Shown piece after piece: positions 1 through 9,100 of a stretch of 64,000 nucleotides of DNA. This stretch comes from Candidatus Enterousia sp. (GTDB lineage Bacteria > Pseudomonadota > Alphaproteobacteria > Rs-D84). Location: positions 8,898 to 72,897 of the forward strand of contig JAZROX010000027.1 of the NCBI GenBank assembly GCA_045648945.1, in the 5' to 3' direction. The notes beneath the pieces were generated by a model. The model saw nothing but the letters and a program-made list of their open reading frames with translations. It made no database searches and was not told the DNA's origin. Each line of letters begins with the position of its first letter. Position 1 is the first letter of the stretch. The position numbers were made by a program, and so were the translations under genes.

Positions 1-137
1 TTATTATTCGACGCATAACCGACAAAACGTGCCATACGTGGACGACCAATCATACGCGCAATTTGACCGAACGTCGCCACACGCCCACAGGGGATTTTTT
101 CTACGATTTCATAAACACTTTCATTAAAACTTTTCAT
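1..137 (-). CDS. Ogt/MGMT-family DNA-binding (alkyltransferase-like) protein, N-terminal fragment; continues beyond the window start
   Basis: Hand translation of the minus strand from the ATG at 135-137 gives MKSFNESVYEIVEKIPCGRVATFGQIARMIGRPRMARFVGYASNN... This fits the IP-G-V-T-(F/Y)G-IA..G-P...R-VG pattern of the Ogt/YbaZ winged-helix domain. It is absent from the ORF track because the window edge truncates it. Confidence 0.5.
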   Translation of the reverse strand, partial: MKSFNESVYEIVEKIPCGRVATFGQIARMIGRPRMARFVGYASNN

Positions 138-650
138 GCGATTATTATAACGTTTTGGAACCCGAAAAGCAAGCGGACAAATCATACGATTTACCGGTGA
201 ATTTTACGCATTTTACCCAAGATTATTAAAAATATATAAATTAAATTAGTTAAGTCATATTAATTGGTTAAATTTGATTTTTAATGTATAATTTTAATTT
301 ATTGGCACCACGGCCGCGCCACACCATTGGCAAGTAAAAAATCGATAAAAACGCACCCAAATTGGCATCCAAAACCCCACCCGTGGTATCCGATTGCCGA
401 TCGGCCGGTTTTCCGTCATAAAACCGGCCCAATCGACACACGTTTTTGGCACGATTATGGGGCAAAACACAAAAATACACAAATTAATAATTTATTGTAT
501 TTATAATTATATACAATTATAAATTGATATAAAAAATTAAGTTCCAGACCGGCGAACAAAAACGTACCATAGGCGCACAATATATCCCGATAATCTTTTA
601 CTAATATTTCAACTTGCAAAAGATATATGTATGTGTATAATATGCGCACC

Positions 651-741
651 GGAGATATGGCAGAGCTGGTTGAATGCGCGCGACTCGAAATCGCGTATAC
701 AGGAAACTGTATCGAGGGTTCGAATCCCCCTATCTCCGCCA
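651..741 (+). tRNA. tRNA-Ser (anticodon CGA), long variable arm, CCA encoded
   Basis: Acceptor GGAGATA pairs with TATCTCC. Anticodon stem CGCGA/TCGCG encloses loop CTCGAAA (anticodon CGA). There is a long variable arm, a TTCGAAT T-loop and a terminal GCCA. Confidence 0.85.
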
Positions 742-807
742 GGAATTTGCCCCGCGTTTATGCGGGGAAAATTTATGGCGGACATACTGGGCGTGGACGA
801 AGCGTCC

Positions 808-844
808 GCAACCATTGGTTGCAGGGTTCGGAACAAGCGCACAA
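808..844 (+). repeat. 37-nt direct repeat, copy 1 (GCAACCATTGGTTGCAGGGTTCGGAACAAGCGCACAA), tRNA T-arm-like
   Basis: Matches 1042-1078 at 36/37 positions. GGTTGCAGGGTTCGGAAC resembles the T-arm of tRNA-Arg (GGTTGCAGGTTCGAATCC at 17841-17858). Confidence 0.8.
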
Positions 845-891
845 TGGGCGCGCAGTGAAAGGGGCCCGCGAACGAAGTTCGTGGGAATTAC

Positions 892-941
892 AATCCCCCT
901 ATCTCCGCCATCCGTCTTTGCCACAGGCAAAGCCGCGATTA
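892..941 (+). repeat. Second copy of the last 19 nt of tRNA-Ser (892-910), followed by a TCCGTCT hairpin module (911-941)
   Basis: AATCCCCCTATCTCCGCCA at 892-910 is identical to 723-741. It is followed by TCCGTCTTTGCCACAGGCAAAGCCGCGATTA, the same flank found after tRNA-Met (31793) and the tRNA-Arg fragment (18127). Confidence 0.8.
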
Positions 942-1041
942 GCGGTTTTGATGTGTTGCAAAACGGAATGTCGCGGGTCTGCCGTGCAGAGCCGGACAAT
1001 TCTGCAAAAATGAAAAATGGCCCTTGTGGCTATTTTATTTT

Positions 1042-1078
1042 GCAACCATTGGTTGCAGGGTTCGGAACAAGCACACAA
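1042..1078 (+). repeat. 37-nt direct repeat, copy 2
   Basis: Matches 808-844 at 36/37 positions. Confidence 0.8.
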
Positions 1079-1092
1079 AGCACACGGGAATA

Positions 1093-2247
1093 TTACACTT
1101 CAAAATCGTAATTTTTGACAGAACGGACGATGGCGGCGACCAATTTATCCTGGTGGTCGGAATTTTTTAGTAATTTTTCTTCCGATTTGTTGGACAGGTG
1201 CCCACATTCAATCAACGCACCCGGCACTGTCGACCGCAGAACCGCCAACGGCGCGTGACGCACCGCGTTGCCCGGCTGTTGCTCGATACCCGCGCGTTTG
1301 AATGCACGCGCGCAACCGTTTGCGTATTCTTCACTCATTTCCGCGACCGCGTGTTGTTGCAGCGACGATAGCGCGATACGAATATCTTTGGAAAAACTTT
1401 CGAACCCAGAAACGTCGATTTTATCGGCCGCGTTTTCGGCGTCCGCCAATTTCTGGGCTTCTTCATCCGACGCCTTTTCCGACAGCGTATAGACCGAAAA
1501 TCCCTTCATAGAACGACTTGGGTTCGCGTTCGCGTGAATAGATATGAACAAATCGGCCTTTTTCTTTTCGGCAATCGCCGCCCGGTCGCCCAGTTTCAAA
1601 TACGTATCGTCCGCACGCGTCATATACACCGCAAAACCCGCGTTTTGCAGTGCGGTTCGCAATTTGCGCCCAACGGTCAGCACGACCGTCTTTTCTTTGG
1701 TTCCGCCGCGCCCGATACAGCCCGGATCTTTGCCACCGTGACCGGGATCCAGGACAATTATGCGTTTACGTGTTGTGGTTGTATCGGTGGTTTGCGTCGC
1801 CGTGGCCGTGGCCGTTTTGGTCGACGCCCCCGCCACAAAGTCCAACACCAATCGATAATCATTATCGCCATTCGGTTCCAAAATCATAATCTGGTTCTTT
1901 GGAATTTCGGATACAGGTTTACGCAAATCCGCAATAATGTTCAGCGCGTCGCCAACCTGGGCCTGGGTCATAGATTTAACCAATGTGCCCGACGCCAATT
2001 TTGCCGACACAGAATCATTTCCCGTCATATTGGACAACTTTACCGTCAAAGTATTTTCGCCGTACACCAGCGTATATGACGGCCGCGACGCGGTTTCGAT
2101 AACTATGCGGGTTTTGCCATTCGGCTGCAGTCCCGTGCGCATAGACCGCAACGCGTTACGCGCGGCGACCGCGGTGCGCGGCAACATACCAATGGCCACG
2201 ATTCCAACGCCGGTAATTTGCAAAAGATTCCGTCGCGATAGTTTCAT
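1093..2247 (-). CDS. amiC: N-acetylmuramoyl-L-alanine amidase with an AMIN-like N-domain and a Tat-type signal
   Basis: 384-aa ORF. N-terminus MKLSRRNLLQITG..AVAA is twin-arginine-like. The C-terminal part has the Amidase_3 pattern (VLDPGHGGKDPG..ISIHANA..). Confidence 0.85.
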   Translation of the reverse strand: MKLSRRNLLQITGVGIVAIGMLPRTAVAARNALRSMRTGLQPNGKTRIVIETASRPSYTLVYGENTLTVKLSNMTGNDSVSAKLASGTLVKSMTQAQVGDALNIIADLRKPVSEIPKNQIMILEPNGDNDYRLVLDFVAGASTKTATATATQTTDTTTTRKRIIVLDPGHGGKDPGCIGRGGTKEKTVVLTVGRKLRTALQNAGFAVYMTRADDTYLKLGDRAAIAEKKKADLFISIHANANPSRSMKGFSVYTLSEKASDEEAQKLADAENAADKIDVSGFESFSKDIRIALSSLQQHAVAEMSEEYANGCARAFKRAGIEQQPGNAVRHAPLAVLRSTVPGALIECGHLSNKSEEKLLKNSDHQDKLVAAIVRSVKNYDFEV

Positions 2248-2329
2248 AACAGAGGTATTATATCAAAAATCGCGCCCATTTTCAAAAGAAAACGGACGCG
2301 CAGCATAATTTATTTTACGGCGCGATTTA

Positions 2330-3322
2330 TTACGGCATGTATACGCCCGCATCCGGCCCGGCAACAAAGTCGCCTGTACCATCATTGGTCAGGAAAGTAT
2401 TCGATACTGTATCATACATCCCGATTTCGCCATCACTGTCCCGCCGCGCAGGGATGGCATTATATTGATAAACGCCGTCTTTCGTCGCCCATGAATGATA
2501 TAATCGACCAATTGGCCTCCCAGCCGCATCGATACTGTATCCGAATAAATATATATCGGAACTTGCGGAGATAGTACTACCTTTTATATTACAACCAGTA
2601 TGTTTTATACCATCAAATGTTACCGAATCCCTTTCCATAAGCCCCGTATGAATTTGATTCATTGCCCCATTAAAAGACCGCCATTCGATAAGCCCATTCA
2701 GCGCCCTACAATCCCCATAAAGAAAGTAAGATTGGGGATTTAATTGATTTAAAATTATTCTATATGTGTTTGTGTATTCGTCGTCATACGTGCCACATAT
2801 CATCGGATAAGTTTGGGTTTGTGTGCCGGTTATCATCCATTTAACATATATTTTCCAATCGCCGGTATTCAAACCATGAACCCCTGTATTTATGCGTTGC
2901 CCGCCGTCGCTTTCGATATATTCCAATGCGGTGTAGCCGGCGGGTAAAGTGGTTTGTGATGAAATGCTTCTTATTTCGACCAATAAACAATCTTTGGTTT
3001 GGTCGTCGTCAACCCATTTGATACACCGAAATTCTGCATCAATTGCGTTTTGCACACCGGCGTTCATGGTTTGTGCGTCAACCAGAGAGTCCTTTTGACC
3101 GGCATACGCGGCGGATGAATCATAAATTTCTTTTGTGCCGACGGTGCCCTGCCCGCCTGTATTTGTTAAAACCTGGGCCGTGCCGGAATTTGCGGGGATT
3201 TTATCCTGTTTTAATGCAACGGCGGTGTCAACAAAGGCCTTGCTGGTCGCGACATTTTCACCCGCCGCGAATGCCGCCCCCACACACAATGCACAGATTA
3301 TCGATATTATAAATTTTCTCAT
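2330..3322 (-). CDS. Secreted protein, paralog family P, member 1
   Basis: 330 aa. Signal peptide MRKFIISIICALCVGAAFA. The N-terminal ~100 aa and the C-terminal IPARRDSDGEIGMYDTVSNTFLTNDGTGDFVAGP are shared with 48136-49089. SD AAGGAG lies upstream of the ATG. Confidence 0.8.
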   Translation of the reverse strand: MRKFIISIICALCVGAAFAAGENVATSKAFVDTAVALKQDKIPANSGTAQVLTNTGGQGTVGTKEIYDSSAAYAGQKDSLVDAQTMNAGVQNAIDAEFRCIKWVDDDQTKDCLLVEIRSISSQTTLPAGYTALEYIESDGGQRINTGVHGLNTGDWKIYVKWMITGTQTQTYPMICGTYDDEYTNTYRIILNQLNPQSYFLYGDCRALNGLIEWRSFNGAMNQIHTGLMERDSVTFDGIKHTGCNIKGSTISASSDIYLFGYSIDAAGRPIGRLYHSWATKDGVYQYNAIPARRDSDGEIGMYDTVSNTFLTNDGTGDFVAGPDAGVYMP

Positions 3323-3335
3323 GGTTGCTCTCCTT

Positions 3336-3386
3336 GGTCTACCCCACCGCGTCCCGCGGTCCCCCCCTTCAGTATCTGAAGGGGAC
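3336..3386 (-). repeat. Composite hairpin element, copy E1, in the 5' leader of 2330-3322
   Basis: The minus strand reads GTCCCCTTCAGATACTGAAGGGGGGG, then ACCGCGGGACGCGGT, then GGGGTAGACC, directly followed by AAGGAGAGCAACC-ATG. Confidence 0.75.
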
Positions 3387-3392
3387 TTATTT

Positions 3393-3451
3393 GTCTAGCC
3401 CATCCGTCTTCGCTACGCTCCGCCGGTCCCCCCTTAGTATCTGAAGGGGAC
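3393..3451 (-). repeat. Composite hairpin element, copy E2 (contains a TCCGTCT module)
   Basis: GTCTAGCCC + ATCCGTCTTCGCTACGCTCCGCC + GGTCCCCCCTTAGTATCTGAAGGGGAC. Confidence 0.7.
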
Positions 3452-3585
3452 TAAAAAGACTGTAGCAAAAAGGAACGTTTATGCCCACCCGGGGACCCCT
3501 TAAAAAAACAAAGTAAAATCAATAGTCGATTTTTTTAAAAAAAATGTGGACACAAACGTTCGTTTATGCCCAGGTCGCACATATA

Positions 3586-3613
3586 CAAAACCCGCAGTTT
3601 CCTGCGGGTTTTA
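3586..3613 (-). terminator. Rho-independent terminator downstream of 3717-4952
   Basis: AAAACCCGCAG-TTTCC-TGCGGGTTTT hairpin with a T-run on the minus strand. Confidence 0.6.
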
Positions 3614-3693
3614 TCTACCCCGTCACACTTCGTGTGCCACCTCCGTCTCCGCTGCGCTACGCCGAGACTGCGCCTTCACAATGTGAAGGGGAC
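3613..3693 (-). repeat. Composite hairpin element, copy E3 (long form)
   Basis: TCTACCCC + GTCACACTTCGTGTGCC + CTCCGTCTCCGCTGCGCTACGCCGAGAC + CCTTCACAATGTGAAGGGGAC. It matches copy 49103-49153 with the TCCGTCT..GAGAC module inserted. Confidence 0.75.
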
Positions 3694-3702
3694 TATTAAC
3701 TA

Positions 3703-3720
3703 CTGTCCACTAACCACTAT
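3703..3720 (-). repeat. TAGTGGN heptamer array (2 units, reverse orientation)
   Basis: The minus strand reads ATAGTGGTTAGTGGACAG. The first TAG is the stop codon of 3717-4952. Confidence 0.6.
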
Positions 3721-4952
3721 TTATACATACATGTACTAAATTGCTGGGCCATCATGGAACGTTCCGAGGCCGACAATTCGGCGACCGGGACCATAAAGCA
3801 ACGCGTCGAATCGCGCAATATAAACAGTTTCGTGCCGCGTTTATATGCGTTCTGCATATCGTCCATCTGGGCCGGTGTAAAGAACGCGTTTTGCGTCAAC
3901 GACGAATTGGTAAGCCCCGCCTGGACAACCGTATTCGCGGTGTTGTAATCATAGATATCTGTGCGGGATTTAACCTCCATATAAATACTTACATTTCCGG
4001 CGTCAGTTTTTTTTTGCGTGTCCGGGAACGCAACGCCGACCGCAACCGCCGCGGCCGTCTGCAACGCAGACGATGACGAATTGTCGCGTTGCGGCAAATT
4101 CAGTTGCATATCTTCGCCACACGCCAAATTCATGCGATTCGTATATGATGCCAAGACCGAATCGACCGCCGTTTCCCAATCGGACGCCTTTTTATTTAAA
4201 TCCAGCGTTATAATCTTTTCCGCCCAACCCCAAATGTTTGCACCGACATTACCGGCGTTTGCGAATCGTGACACCATTTCCGCAGAACCGCCCGGAACGC
4301 CCGCACCACAGTAATCGGTTAATTGAGACATTAACATACTGGACGTTTCGTTGCCATACGCCAACGCAACCGAATGGCACGACAATGCCGCCTCTAATTC
4401 ACGGCGCCGTTCCAGGCATTGCGGCGAATGTGTCTTGGCCAATTCGTTTGCCATATTTGACATGGAAAGCCACGCCATTAATTCCTGTTGCACATAGGAT
4501 GGACACAGGTGCGCCGCCGTATTTACGCCACCAACACCCATCCGGGTGCCGGCCGCATAATTCGGCAATAACATGGTTGTATCGTTACGCAGGCACAGCA
4601 AAACATAGTTATAAAGTTCACTTTCCGTGGCGTATGCACAACGGCCGGAAACTTGACCCGGGACAACGGTTACGTCGCCGCAATAATCGGACAAACACTG
4701 GTCAATCTTGGTGCGACATGCACTGTCCACGTCGGGAACATTTACCATATAGTAAGTATTACGCTGGTTCGTTTTGTATGCGTTCACCACCCCTTGGTTT
4801 CCGCGCAGCGTGCCCGCCGTGCCGATTCCAGCCGTATTGGTAATAACGCCGCGCGCACCATTGTTCGCAACCGCGCCTGCCGACACCGCATGTGCAGATG
4901 TCGCAATCATGCACGCACAAATAGAAGCCGATATTTTGAATAAATGTTTCAT
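3717..4952 (-). CDS. Secreted cysteine-containing protein of unknown function
   Basis: Long ORF. The likely start is the ATG at 4952, preceded by GAGAGAGG, giving MKHLFKISASICACMIATSAHA (signal peptide). I recognise no family. Confidence 0.7.
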   Translation of the reverse strand: MKHLFKISASICACMIATSAHAVSAGAVANNGARGVITNTAGIGTAGTLRGNQGVVNAYKTNQRNTYYMVNVPDVDSACRTKIDQCLSDYCGDVTVVPGQVSGRCAYATESELYNYVLLCLRNDTTMLLPNYAAGTRMGVGGVNTAAHLCPSYVQQELMAWLSMSNMANELAKTHSPQCLERRRELEAALSCHSVALAYGNETSSMLMSQLTDYCGAGVPGGSAEMVSRFANAGNVGANIWGWAEKIITLDLNKKASDWETAVDSVLASYTNRMNLACGEDMQLNLPQRDNSSSSALQTAAAVAVGVAFPDTQKKTDAGNVSIYMEVKSRTDIYDYNTANTVVQAGLTNSSLTQNAFFTPAQMDDMQNAYKRGTKLFILRDSTRCFMVPVAELSASERSMMAQQFSTCMYK

Positions 4953-5052
4953 TGAAACCTCTCTCTTGATGTAATATTTTATCACATTTGAACCCGCGAC
5001 GCAACATTTGATTTATGGTTGATTTTGAAATTTTTACTGGTAATATTTAGGT

Positions 5053-6124
5053 ATGATTTTAATGAACGAAATCTTGGACGAAATAAAAGAAAACCTGAAT
5101 GCAATTCGGGGGTTTCTTTGACCCCGATAAATTACGGGAACAAATTGCCGCATTATCAGAACAATCTTTGGCACCCGATTTGTGGGACGACCCGGATTCG
5201 GCGCGCGCATTGTTGCAAAAAAAATCTGCGTTGGAACGCGAATTGAATGATTTTATCGCGATGGATGACGGGTATAAAAACCTGGCCGAACTTTATGCGA
5301 TTGCGCCCGACGATGCCGAAGTTGTTGGCGCAATTGAAAAATTGGCCGAACGCGTGCAGAATGCAAAATATATCACTCTGTTTAACAATCCGGCGGATGG
5401 AAATAACGCGTTCCTGTTTATCCAGGCGGGCGCAGGCGGGACCGAGGCCCAAGATTGGGCGCAGATGCTAATGCGGATGTACACCCGTTGGGCCGAACGT
5501 CACGAATTTACGGTCGAAGTTGTCGAAGAACACGAAGGTGACACGTCCGGAATTAAAAGCGCGACACTGCGCATTATCGGCGAACGGGCGTATGGATGGC
5601 TGCGCAATGAAATTGGGGTGCATCGGTTGGTGCGAATTTCGCCCTTTAACGCGAACGGCAAACGCCAGACCAGTTTCGCGTCGATTGACGTGTGGCCGGA
5701 CGTGGATGATTCTATACAAATCGATATAAATGAAAAAGATTTGCGGATTGACACGTATCGTTCATCCGGTGCGGGCGGGCAACACGTGAACAAGACCGAT
5801 AGCGCGGTTCGCATAACCCATATTCCGACGGGGATTGTCGTCACGTGCCAAAATGAACGCAGCCAATTTCAAAACAAAGATATGGCGATGAAAATCTTGC
5901 GGTCGCGCCTTTATGAATTGGAAATGCAAAAACGGGCCGCCGAAGAAGACGCCGCCAAGGCCGCCCAGAAAAAAATTGAGTGGGGCAGCCAGATTAGAAA
6001 CTATGTCCTGTACCCGTATCAATTGGTCAAAGATGTCCGTACCGGGACCGAAACCGCGGATTCCGGCGCCGTTTTGGATGGCGATTTGGACCGATTTATG
6101 ATTGATTTATTGCAACGCGGTTAA
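5053..6124 (+). CDS. prfB: Peptide chain release factor 2, requires a programmed +1 frameshift (5053..5118 joined to 5120..6124)
   Basis: Frame 0 reads MILMNEILDEIKENLNAIRGFL then TGA. Frame +1 continues DPDKLREQIAALSEQ... and contains the SPF and GGQ (SSGAGGQHVNKTDSAVR) motifs. Confidence 0.95.
5108..5121 (+). promoter_or_regulatory. RF2 autoregulatory frameshift site
   Basis: GGGGG (SD-like) - TTT - CTT TGA C, the canonical CUU UGA C slippery/stop context. Confidence 0.9.
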
Positions 6125-9100
6125 TTGTTCCCAACGTCAACCGTATCATCATAGATGAAATATGTTTGTTCGCCATAGTCGGCCTTTAATTTGTGTTCCG
6201 TACCGGTATGCATCACCACATCCGCGGTCGTCATATTGGCATAGAATATATTTTCACCAAACTTTACGTGCACGGCAGGCGATGTCTTTTTTGTCGCGCG
6301 CAGATACACAACATCGTTTCCAATGTGCAAGATATGACCACACTGGGTCGACTCCCACATTCCGGTCGGCGCATAAAGTCCCGCGCCACATGCGGTTATA
6401 CCTTGGTCATTTGGTGTATCGACGCCATAATCGCCACCGGGACAATAACTGTTCAATGCACATGTGGCGCACTCGTTCGTGTTCGCCGGCAAATATTGCC
6501 CCGCCGAACATGACACGCTCACCAGGTCACATTCAGATATACTGGTTGCGTTCTCTTTGTTCGTTGGCGCGTCGTTTGGACACTTGTTCGGCGTCGCAGG
6601 TATTCCACCCCAATTCGTTGTATTTGCGGCAACATAGTATCCATCGCCCACATTATGGCATGTAGTTCCGGCAAATACTGTGCCATCCGGACCTGCGTTA
6701 AATGTGCCAACACCGGCATTAGTATAAAATTCACCATTTGCCCGATTATACATACCCAATACATTATCAGAATTACGCCGTGCCGGCACCAAGTCCAAGG
6801 CCAGAACATTATTATCATACAATACGAAAGAATATATACGACCACGGTCAAATAATTTGTCCCCACCGGTGAACGTAAGTGTACCATCGTTATTGTTCGT
6901 AACCATGCCGTTCGAGAACAAGTGCACAGGAGTGCTGCTGTTAATAGATGCGGCACCGTCATCTGATAACTCTTGTGTTGTTCCACCGGGATAACTAATA
7001 TTCATTGTTCGTGCCGCACCATTCAGCGTATAATCAATTGTATATTGAACATCTGCCGTCAATGAAATGACGCTACTTGATAATTTATTGCCATTAGAAT
7101 TATCCCATAATCCAATTATCAGGTTTTTATAACTTGAACTAAAACCTTTTTTTGACGCTTGGTTTCCAAACAGATTACCGTATTCTGCCGACACATTTCT
7201 GGTTACGGCGGTCCCAATTACGGCGTTTATGATAACATTATTTGATTTAATGGTGTAACCGGTATTTATGTATTGACCAGATGTTGTATTGCCGCTGTTT
7301 TCCAGGTATGTAACCGGCGTATATGTATCCGGCACGGTTCCGCCGGCACATCCCATTTGGCACTGGGTTATTAGTGTTTTTCCGGCCGTGATATTTGCGT
7401 CATACCCATACGGACATGCAGCACATTGGCCTTCGCCACCATATGTTGCGCCCGTGCACATCGCCCATACACACGCATCGATCGATGTGGAATTTGAACC
7501 TTCGGTGGTTGTACCGGGCGGGCATGCGGTATGGGTTTCAGAATCGCCATATGCGACATCATCCGCCGGCGCATAGTACCCAACACCCACCGCGGTACAC
7601 GTGGCATCACCCGCATTTGCAATATACGTCCCGGCGTCACAGTGTATTTTACACGCGCTGGCCGCGATTTTGCCATTTGTGGTATCGGCGGTATAACCAT
7701 CCGGACACGCGACACATTCGCCGTTATCCAGATACGTTGCGCCCTCGCATATAATTTCGTGTTCGCACGACACCTTGGAATTCCATGACTTTTCGTATTT
7801 GGTTATAAATTGCGTTGTTCCGGGCGGGCATGAAGTCGCAAGGCTGTTTTCACCGGTAAATGTCCCATACCACATATTGGATGCGGTCGGCGAATTATTA
7901 TCGATAAGTCCTTTGAATGTCGTCGGCGGTATATACCCCGTCATTGATGTATTTCCATAGAAAGTGTACTTAAAGAGACTATCGGATGCGGTCGTTACCC
8001 CGCTGAATAATCCTGCCGGCATCTCGGCCAATGAAGAACAACTATAGAACGTACTGCGGAACAAATTCGGTGCTGGGTTGGATGCACTGTTTACGATACC
8101 GCTAAACAAATGTTCCGGAACGTGTTCCAAAGCGCCGCATCGATCAAAGGTTTCGCGGAACATACTGTCACGGGCACCGGTAACACCACTGAATAATGTT
8201 GCAGGCACGGTCGTCAATTGGTCGCACTGTTTGAAAGTGCCATAGAATATTGGGGTTTCGCCAACCGTATCACCCAATGTTGGGAATATTGCACCCAAAG
8301 ACCCGACCACAGATGCAACAGGGTTCGATGATGTGGTGTTAAACGTTATCGCGGCGGACGTTGCGTCGACGGCCGTGTTATACCCGGTGGCAGCGCCATC
8401 AAATTCAATAGTATGTGCGCCGGCGGACGGCCATGTACATGTATATGTTGCCTGGGCCGTATCGCCGATACGGTTGATTACACCATCGGACACACCGGTT
8501 CCGGTCAGTGTCCCACCATCACCACATTCGACATAAAACGTTCCGGCCGCGGCGATTTTAAATTTGAACGACGATACGGACGTGGTGGTCAGGGTGAACT
8601 TAGCCGTGACCTCGGCCCATTTTGCATAAAATGTTTTATCACCGGTCGACACGGTGGAAATTGCCTGGGGCGCCGCGCAGATTTGCAATTCCGCATCGGT
8701 GCACCAACCCACGAACCGATAACCCGATCGTGTTGGCACGCCGTCTATCGTGGCGCCCACGGTTTCATAATACGTCGTTGGCGCGCCGGCATAGTTTGTT
8801 CCGCCATTCATAACGTATGTGATGTTATGCGACGTCATAGGCGAACAAGACACGTTGTACGCACCACTGTTTTGAATATTCCCGTATCCAGTATTGCATG
8901 ACGTCGTATATGTACATGTGTTATTCACCACGGACAATTCGCAAGATGCATTCGTTGCAGCACACGCCTCGCACTGGGTCCAGTTTGGTGTTAAGGTTTT
9001 ATCTTCAGTATAATCCCACGTAAACGCGGTGTCGGGCTGAACGATATCATTTGTGTTTGATACCATCCAACCGGTGAAAACATAACCAGATTTTGTGCAT

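Noticed and set aside
268-482. A GC-richer patch with hairpin GGCCGGTTTT-CCGTCAT-AAAACCGGCC inside a long AT-rich spacer, plus two overlapping minus-strand ORFs. Considered as an ncRNA or small gene.
   Set aside because: There is no recognisable RNA-family motif, no T-run after the hairpin and no SD or start for the ORFs. Evidence is too thin to call.
627-1111. Several 75-145-aa ORFs on both strands across the tRNA-Ser region.
   Set aside because: They overlap a well-formed tRNA gene and direct repeats. They have no SD or start context and their composition looks like repeat translation.
5019-5246. 75-aa ORF at the prfB 5' end.
   Set aside because: It is in the wrong frame. The true frame-0 leader is 5053-5118, ending at the programmed TGA.
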